A stretch of 64,000 nucleotides of DNA from Octopus vulgaris (GCA_951406725.2 OX597815.1:167152001-167216000); one strand, 5' to 3'. Shown: positions 1 through 13,827, counted from the first letter of the stretch. The notes: generated from the letters alone by a model not told the origin. A program made the numbers and translations.

Positions 1-105
1 ATGCATACATACATGCATGCATTCATGCATGCATACATGAATGCATACATACATACATATATACATACATACATATATACATACATACATACATACATAC
101 ATACA

Positions 106-139
<34 letters not shown>

Positions 140-150
140 CATACATACAT
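1..150. repeat. (ATAC)n/(ATGC)n microsatellite
   Basis: Direct tetranucleotide periodicity; the ORF 1..273 is an artefact of it. Confidence 0.95.
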
Positions 151-749
151 ACCGCCACCACTTTGCACCATCAACTTTCACAAGTCATGGCGGATTGTCT
201 ATGTAGTCTCATGACCTCAAAAACGTTGGAGTCGAAATTCTCTCAAATCACAAGTCCCAATCACAGTCAGTAAGAGATGTCACCTTTGAGAAGGTTGTAG
301 TAGATGTCCTAAGACAGGTAAAACAGTTGTGTATAGAATGCTTTGTTTTTTTTTGTTTCTTTTTTTTTTGTTAATAAACATCAAACTTGAGATTCTCCTT
401 AACCAGTAGGAGGCAACAGTAAAACCACAGCGTGGTCATTCAGCATACAAACAATAAGTCAAATATCATTAAAATCAAAATCAACCATTTATGAACTTAA
501 TGACGCAGTGTTTCAGCTAATTTTTAATGCTCTGTAACCGAAAGAATATGCGTAAGAAATATCTTTGATCATAGATCTCTGCTCGAATGAAGATTATCAT
601 GTGATTATTCGACGACAACAACAACCTGAACCTGTTAGTTCTTGTACCAATATTTTTACCAAAATGTCTTTCTATATTACTGTAATTATCGTTATCATCA
701 AAACCAAATGCTGACATGACAATTCCTTCTTTTCGTTTATCTTACCACG

Positions 750-912
750 GGAGAGACATGCTGCATGGCTTACAAGTACCAGGTGGACGCACGCAGTTGT
801 CAGATTGTATGCAAGACACGGGAGGAGATTGCTAGGAAGCTTACATAATGAAACGTGGACAAAAATGGAAGAGAAAAGTACAATCAAGGGAATAATGAAA
901 GTGTATTTTTAC
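750..912 (+). mobile_element. RTE-clade LINE 3' ORF relic, copy A of a local duplicate
   Basis: Translates to RHAAWLTSTRWTHAVVRLYARHGRRLLGSL, resembling the RTE C-terminal GHVAR..RWT..V..W.PR..KR..GRP motif; near-identical to 1787-1950. Confidence 0.55.
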
Positions 913-1786
913 AAAGACCATTCGGTGACTCATTTCTCTTTCCGCTGATATCGCACTCTGCAATAACATATACGCACTCAATGGAGTACCACCCACATAA
1001 TCCGGGATGAACCTTCAATTCCTGGTGCATCGTAACAATTTAAATACTTATGAACTTCACCTCAGCCAGCACACTTACCGCTCTGCCGGCTATCCGTTTC
1101 TCTATCAAAGCCATTGAGGATAAAATCTATTTACTTTTCTTGTGTTCTCTGAATACGCAATCTACCCAATTAACTGTACTAACGTTACTTTTGCGGGTTA
1201 TTTGCAATATCTCCTCGCTATTATCAAAATCTTATCTATTCGAACGAAATGTCTAACTAATGGCAAATGATCGTTATGCTTGACACTTCATTACTGCCAG
1301 ACGAGTTGTTGTATACTAGGCACTTCATGCAGTACATAATGGGAACAACAGAATAATTTTGAACTGATTTCTCAAATCTAACAAAGAATTTCTGGTTGCC
1401 TCAGCTCTTTACATCTGTAAAGTATAACTATTCATGTTACCAATTTATAGAGCTGTCGGTTGATTTAAAGCAGTGTCAGTGAAGGAAATTGAACTGTTGA
1501 CCTTTCATCTTGTTAATCGATGTTCTATTTGAAAACATTACTTTACAATAAATCTGCGGAACAATGCTTTAAATTGGTTACCACTAACATCCAAGTTACT
1601 GATTATTAAATTTTTATTGACACAAATCTTGGATCGTGACTCGAACTATCATGCTAACATGGTTCTTTCAGAACATGAGTTCATGCTAGGAATATCGCTG
1701 CAGGAGCATATCCCTGCGAGGTAATTCTATAAGGGAGTGGAGTAAACAAAGAAATTGCGGAATTCCAAAAGCACGAGTCTCGTTGA

Positions 1787-1950
1787 GAGAGACATGCTGC
1801 ATGGCTTACAAGTGCCAGGTGGACGCACGCTGTTGTCAGATTGTATGCAAGAGACGAGAAGAGATCGCTAGGAAGCTTACATAATGAAACGTGGACGTAA
1901 GTGGAAGAGAAAAGTGCAATCAAGGGAATAATGAAAGTGTATATTTACTT
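1787..1950 (+). mobile_element. RTE-clade LINE 3' ORF relic, copy B
   Basis: RHAAWLTSARWTHAVVRLYARDEKRSLGSL; direct repeat of 750-912. Confidence 0.55.
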
Positions 1951-3991
1951 GTGACATCTGAGAGTTAGGTCGATAGAGCTATAGTCTTCAAAATCATCGC
2001 CAACTCTTAACGTTCTGCACAAAAGACACAGTGAGATCGACATTGCTTCCATCTTTATGAGTTCAATTAAATAAACACCGTATCAAGTCCTGGAAATATG
2101 AACGATCTATCTTGTAGTTATGTCGTGACACTTTCTTGTTATTGTTGACATTTTTGACCACACTGATTTATCACTTCCTTATGGGACCGATAAGGGAGCC
2201 TCAATGTGATCACACGAAGTTACTGGAAATAATACCACAATCAGTCTCAAATTAAACCCTACCGTTTTCTGTTTCTTTTTTCTTATTTTGTTTTGTTTTT
2301 TTAGTGAAGAAGTGCATATTAGACAAAGTAGTCTTAGGTAATCTATACGTGAATAAATTATATGTTGACAGGTAGAATCCCTTTGATGATGAGTAAGTTT
2401 AATTCGGGTTGCTTCGTATTTACAAAAATATGCGACCATATTGTCTTTGTTAGAGATCAATATACATTACGGTCACTTGAGTTTCCTTTCAACAACAAAT
2501 GAAAAGCCACCAGTAGTGTTGGTCTGTTGTCAGTGTTGTTATTATTGAGGTATCAACTGAAAAGCCCGCCTGTAAACCATTATCCTACATGGTGTTAAAC
2601 ATCGAAAGCGCGCCAGCTGACAACACTTTATCACTAGTAAAGAATAACCAAATCAATGACGTGTGCTTAAACCTAAACACCAGCTATTTTCATTTAAAAA
2701 TATAAACCGTCCTAGTTAACATTGTTATTTTTTTTATCATATGTGATGTATGTTATTGTTGCTGTTCTTATATTTTGTGTCATTACTGTTTTTTATAGTT
2801 TTTTTTTTATTTTTAATGCTACAATTTCACACTGAAGGTTGTGATTAACGTTTACAATTACTGCCAAAGAAAATAGGACACGTACTTAAGTATGGTTTTG
2901 ATATTTTTAATTTGTTTTGTTACCAGTTAAAGTTATAAAGATCTCAGATTATCGTTGTTATTATTATTGTTTTTTCTTTATACGACTTCTTATTTTGTTA
3001 ATAGGTTGACTTACAAATTAAATAAAGAAATGTCGTTAAATGTAAAGATATCAAAGTGTATTTGTGTGTGTATGTTCGTGTATTTACAAGAGTATACGTG
3101 TATGTGTACACGAACACAAATTCACACATACACACATATATGCACGCACACACACACATGGTATATGTGTGCTTCTGTATATGGGACTGTGTATGTATGC
3201 GTGTATGCTTATGTAGTTTAAACCATCATTATTGGCTAAAGGAGATTTCACATTTTTATGACATGTGCACACGCTTAAGTTTTCGTTTCAGATACTTTGA
3301 TGCTATATGATTGTTAACGATATTGCTATTTTTAGGTAACCTATTGCTATCCTTTGGGATTAATAAAAGCTACTAAAATTACAAAGATAAAGTGAATACG
3401 ACAGTGAGAAAAAGAAAGAAAGAAAATTATAGATATATTGGAAGAAAGGAGTGAAAAGTTAGGAAGTAGATTCAGAAAACGGAGAGATAGAAATAAAAGA
3501 TTAACTTGAAGTAAATAAATAAATGATAAAACTTTAGAAACAATTTGAAGAAAAAGATTTAGGATCATTTATTAAAACAAAATCCGTCCAGATGATTATA
3601 TCCTGTAGTGAGTTCGCTAAATTCCGCTACAACAAACAGATGTGACCATCCTAACACGATTTCAACCGGATTTCTGATGCAAATTCTATATAACATTGCC
3701 TTCCCCTCTCTATAACACGGTTTCTTATCTACACCTATATACGTATACTATTTTGCACACACATATATATACACAAAATGTGTATGTGTATATGTATATA
3801 AGTACATATATACACATACGCAACCAAATATCATATGAATTCAGTTTAATTCTCCCACACATGCATGTTCATGAAACCTGTTTAACTTTTACGTTATGTT
3901 TTAGTTTGTATTTAATATGTTTGTAGTGAAAGAATCCAAACCTAAGAAGCGGTATCGATTCCACATTCAAGCTTAAGAGCTTTCCCACCAC

Positions 3992-4307
3992 AAAAGAGCT
4001 TTGCCAAGACCAGAAAAACCACTATATTTGTTGTGTAGATAAATTCGAAGCGAACAGACTTCATTTGTTGACTTCGTGCCAAAGCAACTTCTTATTTTAA
4101 GATATGAAAATGTATAATCATTATCTATATGACACAACGAATGTTATGTCATATACTGCCAGAAGTTGCAGTTTTCATCTGCTAAAAAAAAAAGAGCTTT
4201 GCCAAGACCAGAAAAACCACTATATTTGTTGTGTAGATAAATTCGAAGCGAACAGACTTCATTTGTTGACTTCGTGCCAAAGCAACTTCTTATTTTAAGA
4301 TATGAAA
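3992..4307. repeat. Identical 118-bp direct duplication (3992-4109 and 4190-4307)
   Basis: aaaagagctttgccaagacc...ttttaagatatgaaa occurs twice, about 80 bp apart. Confidence 0.9.
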
Positions 4308-4642
4308 CAATAGATTAGTTTACAATGACACTGCTTAGGCTGAATGACATTCGATTTATGCGACAGAAGCAGCTCTAGAGTAAAATATTTATCTCTGTGA
4401 CACACTTAAAGTATGTGTATCGTTGAAAAGCTAGAAGAAATTTCTTTAAAGCCGTATTCATATCTAGGCGAAATGAAATCGCCTAGCAAATACGACATAT
4501 ACGCATTACACCGTTTTTTTTTCGGCATGTCAGTGTCACGTACTTGTGTCACTTCGGAATTGAGACTGGAGCGGCCATTATACAGTGACAGTGTATGACC
4601 ATCCCAACTGAAGACGGCAGATACTCAGCTGGGTATCTGAAA

Positions 4643-5024
4643 TATTCTTTTCTACACTAGGCACAATGCTTGAAATGTTGGGGGAGGGGGGGCAGTCGAT
4701 TAGATCTACCCGAGTACGCAACTGGTACTTAATTTACCAAGCCCGAAAGGATGAATGGCAAAGTCAAACGCGGAGGAATTTGAACTCAGAAGGTGAAGAT
4801 AAACGAAACACCGCTGAGCATTCCGCCCAACGTGCTAACGTTTCTTATTTCTTTATTGTCCACAAGGGACTAAACATAGAGGGGACAAACAAGGACAAAC
4901 AGATTAAGTCGATTGCATCGTCCCCAGTGCGTAACTGGTACTTAATTTATCGAAATGATGAAAAGCAAAGTCACTTCGGCAGCATTTGAACTAACAACGT
5001 ATAGACAGAGGAATAGCACTAAGC
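4643..5024 (-). mobile_element. Tandem pair of degraded tRNA-derived SINEs (Meta-domain-like family)
   Basis: Reverse complement matches the gttctgagttcaaattcc...gactttgcc(a/t)ttcatcctttcggg...taagtaccagtt family seen at 51434, 27440 and 62503. Confidence 0.8.
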
Positions 5025-5239
5025 AAGCGGCCATTATACAGTGACAGTGTACACATTTTCGAAGAAAACTAAATAGGCTACGTTACTTTTTTTAAATTCT
5101 TTCTTTTTAGTTGCTGATAAGAAAGAAAAAAAAACAACTAAAGACTAAAAAATATTACACTACCAAGCGCAAAAAAAAAAGAGACTGAAAAAGTTGCTGA
5201 TCAATGAAAAAAAAAGAAGTATATCATTTATTTGTTTGT

Positions 5240-5400
5240 TCCTTCCCGAGCCATGCCTGACTCATAGGGCCGGTTTCTCGGTTTCCTTGGCTTATAGGCT
5301 CCCTAACTGGACAGGACACTGCTCCGTCACAGGTGAGCTGCAAGATGCAGGAGGAAAGATTGAGAGAAAGTTGTGGCGAAATAGTCAGCAGAAGTTTCAC
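5240..5400 (-). mobile_element. V-domain-like SINE 3' fragment
   Basis: Matches 37000-37150 and 61410-61540 (ttcgccacaactttctctc...tgcatcttgcagctcacctg). Confidence 0.7.
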
Positions 5401-5774
5401 CATTACCTTCATTACCTTATGGTGTACGAACAAGATGGAGAATGACTGACAGACAGACACTTTGACGAATTTTGTGTAAGCCTGAAGGCAAAAATGAAAC
5501 AAAAAGTTATGGTAGTAGAATTCATGATCTTACCGCTAGTCAGATGGTGGATAAATTATATAATTCCTTCTATTTCTAAAGCGAAATCAATCGATTTAAT
5601 TGAAAATACAATAGAGAGGTGTTTATCTAGTTGAATGTGTGAGAATATTTAGATTAAGTTTTAATTTTGAAGCGAAATTTGAAGCATTGTGACACACACA
5701 TGGAAAATTAGTGAAAATTAAACATTTACAATGAAGATTATCTTAATCTTGGTAATAACGTTTTACTTAATATC

Positions 5775-6295
5775 AGCCATCAACCGTGTGCCCTCAGTGT
5801 GTTCAGTGGTCAGTTTGCCAAGCTCTCTAGTTCCCTCTGTGCTGTGCTGTATGCGTGCAACCAGACTAGCCACACTCTTGTTTCCGATGTCATCACTCCA
5901 CAAACGTCTTCAAACGTCTTCTGAAGGTCTTTTTCTCTCTTCCTCTCCACACCTTCTGCCGGGATCCTGCTGGGTTATGATTAGTGGCGGTGCCTCTTAT
6001 ATCCAAAATATGATAGTGTTTTGGACTTGATTTTCGACATTAGGTGTTTTGGGATTTTCAGCTTTCCTAATACAACAGCGTTTGTACCTCTGTCTTCCAA
6101 GCTTACTTTGCCCAGTCTATAACAGATCCACATCTCAAAGTCATTTACGCTGTACATTGTCCAAGTTTCTGCTCCATAGAGGATAATTAGTATAACAGTT
6201 TACTAACCTCAATTTCAGGTGAAGTGCTCTGTCCTTTGAGGCGATAATTTTTTTATAGATTCTTACGAATGTAAATTTGGCTCTATTTATTCTTT
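5775..6295 (-). mobile_element. RTE-clade LINE 3' relic
   Basis: Minus-strand translation includes LYGAETWT..FEMW..R...TN..VL...LSYFGY and WSDDI, the post-RT region of RTE elements; frameshifted. Confidence 0.7.
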
Positions 6296-7654
6296 GCATA
6301 AATAAACTCTTAAAACAGGATATTTTAAAACTAAATATTTAGAACTTCAAATAAAACATCCTGAAACATTTGAATTGTAGAAGTTATTTTTCAGTTTACA
6401 GCAAGAGAGAAAATGTATTCTACACATCAATATTTGCGCTCAAGAACAACTCGTTTATGACAGGTTTGAATTAAGAACAAAATGACAAAATGACAGATTT
6501 TCAAGAAATAATTTATATAAAGACACACACATACATATTTCAGTGATAACATTCTCACCATTTTTTCTCGCTATATTATTATATCATTAGTTTGAGTGCG
6601 TTTGCATGTGTGTGAGTGTGTTTGTATATGTATGAGAGTGAATATGTTTATATGCGTGTGTATGTATGTGTGTGTGTGCTTGTGTGATTGTGCGTGCGTG
6701 TGTCTGGGTGTATATGATATGCTACCATTATTCATAATATAGACTTATGCTTATAGCAATGTGAAACAGACCCCAAAATATACGAGATTTCTTTCATTCC
6801 TTAAATCTTTTCTCTTTTACACCATCCCCTACTACTTGAAATATTTCATTATTTCACATCTTATATCATTCATATGTTACAGCACTTATTTTTCAGTTCT
6901 CTCTTTTTTTATTGCTCTTTTTTGTAAGACCATTTTCTTCCCTTCTTCAATGAGCTCTTCCCAAAGGACATCGCAATGCTAGCAAACAAAGCTGCGTCTT
7001 GACATATATTTACCAAAGCGGAAATACAGAAATATATATTGCAACCCGAATCTCTAAAACTTAGATGCACATCTATTTTTAATTCAAACAACGGATATCA
7101 TAAAAATGTCATAAAATTGTTTCGCACTTTAAAATAATTTAGGGGTAGAAACTTCGTCATAATTCTAGATTTTAATAAAGAATCTGCTTGAAATATTTAT
7201 CTAGTACGACTTTTCATTGAATAATAATTAACATAATTAGTATAATTAACACAAGTGATTGTATTGACAAAATCACCTTTAAGTTGCTGTTAACGTCCAG
7301 AGATATCATCTCGTGTTAGCAACACGGGCTCTTTAATCACTATGTAGGATGACCAAATCGTCTGCACCTTTGGATGATACTATCATTTCATGTGATTTTA
7401 CTGTTTTCTGTCGATAATCATCAGCATCTCATCCTTGCACCGAATGCTAGAATGAAAATCAATCGATCCGATATAATATAATAATGACTAAACAGCCAGT
7501 GACGTCGCAAAATCCGACGGGTTACAAATAAATTAGCTGTTAGCCACAGAAGTAGTATTTGCAACGAATAATTATTATCATATCCAACATAATTGCTCGT
7601 TTATTGAAATCTTTGATTTTTGCTTGTATCATTAATATATATCATCGGTGTGAA

Positions 7655-7865
7655 GACGGCGAGCTGAAAGAATCGTTAGCACGCCGGTTAAAATGCTTAA
7701 CCGCATTTCGTCCGTCTTTACGTTCTGAGTTCAAACTTTTCCGTGGTTGACTTTGCCATTCATCCTTTTGGGGCCGATAATGCCAGGTGAGCACTGTGTT
7801 CGATATGATCGACTTTCATCCTCCCCTGTAATTGCTGGCCTTGTACCAAAATGTGAAAGCAATAT
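7655..7865 (+). mobile_element. tRNA-derived SINE (Meta-domain-like), old copy
   Basis: gacggcgagctgaaagaatcgttagcacgccgg...gttctgagttcaaac...ttgactttgccattcatcc. Confidence 0.75.
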
Positions 7866-7880
7866 ATATCAAGTGTTTCT

Positions 7881-7948
<68 letters not shown>

Positions 7949-7970
7949 AGAAACTCACACACTTATATGT

Positions 7971-8001
<31 letters not shown>

Positions 8002-9724
8002 TTGTGTGTCTGTGTGTGTGTGTGTGTTGTCTGTATATACGTTAGCATGTTCGTTCGTATGTATGAATATATGTATGCACTCCCTCGTATGTTGTATTTC
8101 CTATTAAATCATTGTTTAACAGTATAAACTCAGTGCTTAAACTAATGATTCAGTAATAGCAATTACAGGGTGCTGATACTCAAGTTATAATTTATTGGAA
8201 ATTCAGTTTTAACAAAATAATTCATCAATAAAACTTTAACAAGAAACAGAACAAGGCTTCATAAAAATATTAGAAATACATAATATAGATATTACATATA
8301 ACAGAGTATTGTTTCACAATTTTCATCAACAGAAGCTACTTTGGAGACGAGTCACTGCAACTGCTTTTAACGGAGGTGAAAGAGAGGTGCGATTAGCTTT
8401 GGTGTAACATTAAATTATAATGTTTTGAATATTGTTTCAGTTGCTTTATAATGAAAATGTCACATTGCTTAATAGTTGAAAGGAAGGAATGCCGTGTACC
8501 TGGACACATGACAACAATATGCTAGTGGCTCGTATCCATGGAAGCCTAAAGGTGAAGAGTTCCTTAGAGACTACGACCACCACTGTAGATTATTTCTAGT
8601 AAAAGCACCTCACATATCATTTCAAGTAGCGCAGCTGACTTTTCATAAGCCACCACAAATAAATTTCTGTTAGCAGGAGAATATAATAAAGTTAATTAAA
8701 CTCCAGTATGCGTCACTGCTAATAAACACACCGTTTTTATTAAAGCCATACAACAAGAAATAGTGGTAGAAAGTAGTCGTGAGTGGGATTAATAACTTTA
8801 TTTAATTTACGGGAAATTATCTCGTAGATTTAGATGTAAAAGAACTCACAGCAAGATGTTAAAACAGAGACACATGCACGCATACACACGCATACACAGA
8901 TTACATCAAAGAAAAGATATTCTTTGCGTTTACCAAATTAGTGTTATATAAAATACTAAGTAGTATAAATTAGCAGTTTTATCTCACCACCTGTCAAGAG
9001 TTATAGATAAATTTGTAGGTCCTATTTTATGCTGGTGATTCCGAAATTAGTTATAAGCCAACTATGACAGGTAGTAAGGTCGTTCTGTTTTTACCAAGAA
9101 ACCTTTTATAAAGCGCTATTGAGGCCGATGCAGAATACAAGTTCTGTTTGATAGAATTAATAGCACCATAGCCCGACTTATATCAGTTACGTTATTCAAG
9201 TCCAGTGGCTAGGCCTGTTCTTGTTGCTGTCATTCGTAATCACTTATATAAATCATATGTCAAAATTGTTTGTTACTAAAAGCCCTTTCCCCCACGTACA
9301 TGACATGTGTCTTGTATATATATATATATATACAATGGTATGTATATATATATATATATATAAATGAACGACACTCATGTAAGTCAAACAAGCGTTTGTG
9401 TTCATGCAATGTTATATAGTTACCTCGGCAGAGACCTAACAAGCTACACTAACAGAAGTTTTACGCGTTAATTGCATCACAGATGAAGTTCTCTGCTCTA
9501 TCGTAATTGTACGTTCTTTACCTTCCTGTATAGTGTCTTGCATAAGCATCAACTGATCGGAATGAATCATTGAATGTTAAGTGCCTCAATCACAAATTGG
9601 TTACTATATATGAAACGCTGAACTTTGTTTTAACCTAATGCATTTTGCATCATGCGAATTAAAACCACTTGAGATCTTAATCAACCCACGCAGGCACAGA
9701 CACATGCACAAACACACACACACA

Positions 9725-10595
9725 GTGACTCTCCGGGATGACAGAGAGGGATATCCAAATTGTTAGCCGATTAAGTAAAAGTTTTGCAAAAACCTTACCG
9801 ACTGTTTCAAGCAGGCTTATACCTCTGTAATTGCCACACTCGGATTTGGATCTTTTTCCTTTGAACAATGAAGTTTAAATGACATCAAACCATCCTGGGT
9901 AACAGGAGTACCCAATCAGATATCTGATATTAGATGGTGGATCTCTACAACAAGCCTGTTACCCCCGTGGAGGAGAATTTCAACAGGAATACCATCAAGA
10001 CCCGGGGCCTTTCTAGTATTTAATTAATTATTTGATTGTCTTTTTGATCTCATCTATAGTTGAATGTTCCACCATCGCATGAATGATATCCTTTTGGGGG
10101 CAGATTACTGATGACATTTTCATCAATAACTAAAGGATTATAAAAGAGATCAGTGAAATGCTCAATCCAACGTTTCATTATACCCTCATGATCCTTGAAG
10201 AGAAAGCGCATGAAGACCGAGGACCAAACACTTGTCCGATCAAGTGATATATTGTTTCAGGTCTTTACTGTTATACGTTTTCTGGATTTTTTTCAGAAAT
10301 ATCCGACCACCATTTGTTTTTCATTTGTCGTATCTTTCTTCGGAGTGATGATTTTATCCCTTTGAGAGACAGCAGTAACGGCTTTTTATCATCATCTGGA
10401 GCACCGAGGTATTTTAATCTTCAAGAAGTTTATTGATCTGTAGATTCTTTTCATCAAACCAGTCCCGATGTTTTCTGTTTCTGAGACCTATAGCATCAAC
10501 TCCAACATTGTAAATAGTGGTCTTAAACTGAGCCCAAGTTCCATCAAATTCCTCTTCTCCAATAGCATTTCGAAGATTCGCCTGCACTTCAGAGA
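9725..10595 (-). mobile_element. RTE (BovB-like) LINE relic, linker and start of RT
   Basis: KHRDWFDEKNLQINKLL and FKGKRSKSECGNYRGISLLETVGKVFAKLLLNRL; several frameshifts. Confidence 0.85.
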
Positions 10596-11925
10596 AATAA
10601 GAATTAAAAGAAGGAAAAAGAAAAGACCATAAGGGAGTGAGAGGAATGAGGAATCTAAGCAAGTTCATCTCACCGGTAGTATTCAATGGGGCTGTTTTGC
10701 AAGGGGAATGGTATTTGAAAACGATAATGTGGGAAGAAGTGGGTGGGGAAATATTTTTGATAAAGGGTAAGAAAATAGGGGGGGGGGGGCATGAAGAAAG
10801 CAAGAGAGAATGAAGAATTTAAGCATGGTCATTTGACCGGTAATATTCAATGGAGCTGTTTAGGCCGAGTCAAGGATATTAGCAAGGGGAGTGTTCTTAG
10901 AAAAAAGTAATGTGGAACGAAGAACGTGGGGGAATGATTTTGGTCAAGGTGGAGAAAAATATATAATATATAAATGCATGAAAAAAGCAAAACAGAATGA
11001 AGAAGAAATGTAGCGACTACCACTGGTTTTCAATTCATGAATATATTTAGTGTGCGATGAGTGTGTTTACAGTCCGAAGTAGCAGAGCTGTATGTTGGAG
11101 TATGCACTTGTAAGTTTACGAAAGGAGGGGGGAGGAGGGGGCAGGTGAAATACTAAAACAATATGAATGGTAAGTAAAAATACAGAGAGCAGTTTTTAAA
11201 TGACAATAAAGAATTAAAGGGAAGACAAAATGTTGGTTTAATATATAGTGGTAGTGAAGGTAGATAAGAGGCAAAATTTATGATGGCTAGGGGGTAAAAT
11301 AGGGTGGGTGTATTGTTCTTTCTATTTTGCGAATAGATTTATTGATTGATGTTTGCAGGTAAAAATTATAATGCTGCGTTCATTAAGACAATTCGTGGAT
11401 TGCAAAATAGCTAAGACTTCGGCTATGCAGAGATCACACTTCCTGTATGGCTTGGCTTGGGTGACTATGGACCATTCAAGAGGGCAAGGAGTTGAGTCAA
11501 TCTTTAGTTTATTGATAAGCTGAGATGTACTGTTGGATTTTGTTTGGCACTTGAAACTGCAGTAGTGGTTGCTCACGCTAGCTTTGAAGGTAGTGCTACG
11601 AGTCAATATATATGTAGTTGCAGTTGGTAGTTGATACTGTACACTTATAAATAATGTTTATTTGTGAGACAGTGGTTATCTAAAGGACAAGTGTTTGGGC
11701 GTCTACAAGTGCATAGTTTTGTAGGGGGTGTTCCGGCTGAACTTGTGAGGTGATTGCTATTTAGTGAGGAACCGGTGTTGGGTTCGTTAATATTGCTGGC
11801 GTTAAAATTAGTATTTGTTAAGGAGTTGAGGATGGTATTAGGAGATTGTGTATGATAATTATTGTGTCCGGTGGTATCTTTTGTGTCGTTCTCTATTTTT
11901 GCAGGAGGTATAGTTAGGCGTTCTA
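10596..11925 (-). mobile_element. Penelope-like element (PLE) relic: GIY-YIG endonuclease C-terminus plus 3' non-coding region
   Basis: CTCRRPNTCPLDNHCL, then NIIYKCTV...YIYID (degenerate GIY/YIG), TFK...NHYCSF, WSIV...PY..CDLC..E...I...LNERS...CKH; the 5'-truncated end abuts the TA-rich array at 11925. Confidence 0.8.
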
Positions 11926-12021
11926 TATTTATAAATACATGCATACATACATATATATATACATACATATACATATATACATACATATATACTTACATAT
12001 TTATATAAACGCATATATATG

Positions 12022-12089
<68 letters not shown>

Positions 12090-12160
12090 ATATATACATA
12101 CATACATACATACATGTATCTACATATGTATATGTTTGTATGTATATGAGTGTGTGAGTA

Positions 12161-12211
<51 letters not shown>
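11925..12211. repeat. Compound (TA)n/(ATAC)n/(TG)n microsatellite
   Basis: Direct periodicity. Confidence 0.95.
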
Positions 12212-12213
<2 letters not shown>

Positions 12214-12642
12214 TATTTCATAATGTCTCTCAGTGCGTACGTCACTCAACCAATTAAAATCAAGATAAAGTACTTTTTGACAAACCTATTGGTTTAACCG
12301 GCAGAGTTTTCTGGCGGGATTTTTGCCTAAATTTTTCGTAGAAGTTGAAAACAGTAAACTACAATTTCTAAACTCTGTTCACATAACAAGGATATCCTTA
12401 TTTTAATCTCTGTTGATATCATCACTTAAAAATGTTACGTATACGTTAACTCAATTCTTATTTCCTCTCCAGCAAGCTTTTACTTAGAACTTATATAGGG
12501 GAATTACAGAAGTGAACAGAATATAATGTATATAGAACGTGAAAGTAACTTTGCAATAATTCTTATAACTGCTACTTAATCATATAACCAATATGATATT
12601 GCCACATACTCGGTTCTATATATATATGTATATATATATATG

Positions 12643-12828
12643 TTCTTTTATTCATTTACTTGTTTCAGTCATTTGGGTGCAGCCATGCTGGAGCACAGCA
12701 TTTAGCCGAACAAATCAAACCCCAGACTTATTTTTTGCAAGCGTTATACCTATTCTATCGGTGTCCTTTGCCGATCCACTAGGTTACGGGGATCTAAACA
12801 CACCAACATCGGTTGTCAAGCGGTGGTA
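12643..12828 (-). mobile_element. 3' module of a CORE-like composite SINE
   Basis: Reverse complement matches 53640-53830 (cttgacaaccgat..ggtgtgttta..tccccgtaac...ctccagcatggc). Confidence 0.75.
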
Positions 12829-13584
12829 AGGATCAAATACATACATACATATACATATATATATATATACATATACAAGCATGCGCCTATATATATATAT
12901 ATATATTTGAAATGTACTGAAAACAAAAAACAGGTAAAAGAACAACAATCAGGTGTAATAGTTTGACGCTAGGGAAGAATGCAAAATTCTTTGGCCTTTC
13001 GAGCCTATGCCCTTCGAGTGAATGGCTTGAAAGGAAACGAATGGTGAGAGAAAGAAAAACCGGAGAGAGAAAACAATGTGCTGGGATTCACGGCTTCACA
13101 TGATACATACATATACGTACATATACGCATGCATACATACATATACATACATACATACAAACATTCTTTTACATATAAACACACATATACATGCATACAC
13201 ACGCACACACGCAGGCACACACACACACACATATTGATAATATAAAAATAAGGATTACATCGAAGTAGCATTAGCATTACTGTTAATACTGCCTTTATAA
13301 CCAAAATGAGCTTCAGTTGTACCGATTAGTAAACGTTGTAATTGAAACCCTACGATGCTGTCTCTTCACTGTCTTAACATTCTATATATATTGGCGTATT
13401 CGAAAAATAATTGCTTTTTATCAGCACTATGAAATATGGATCAACCGATCACATCAGAGCCAATGTGGAATGGTCGGGAACTGTCTAGAAATAGCGTGTC
13501 GTCTCTCCTACCCAGCAGTGTGTCATTCATAGTTATTACTCTCATGGAGGATAAAAACTTTAAGAAGCAACATATTCACCATGG

Positions 13585-13797
13585 CTAACTGTATGAGTTT
13601 CGAAAGAAAAGTACCGCTACGGAAGCAACGAAAAACGTTTGTGAAGTGTATCCGGATGCAATGAAAACTCGTACATGTCAGCTGTGGTTTAAAAGTCTAA
13701 TTTAATGTGTCCTGTTCAAATATCTCTAGCAAATTGGAAATCAGGCAAAGAGGGAGTTTGGGTTCCACATGAGCTTACACTTGAGAACCGAACATAA
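13585..13797 (+). mobile_element. mariner transposase N-terminal relic, internally deleted
   Basis: LYEFRKKSTATEATKNVCEVYPDAMKTRTCQLWFK (mariner HTH) followed by GVWVPHEL. Confidence 0.8.
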
Positions 13798-13827
13798 CTT
13801 ATATACATATATATATATATATATATA

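Noticed and set aside
6878-6980. Possible terminal exon on the minus strand (..tag|HCDVLWEELIEEGKKMVLQKRAIKKERTEK*)
   Set aside because: Short, no recognisable homology and no partner exon; would need RNA-seq splice support
7395-7432. CTGATGA...GAAA on the minus strand
   Set aside because: Stem II and stem I do not pair and stem III is not palindromic; a chance match
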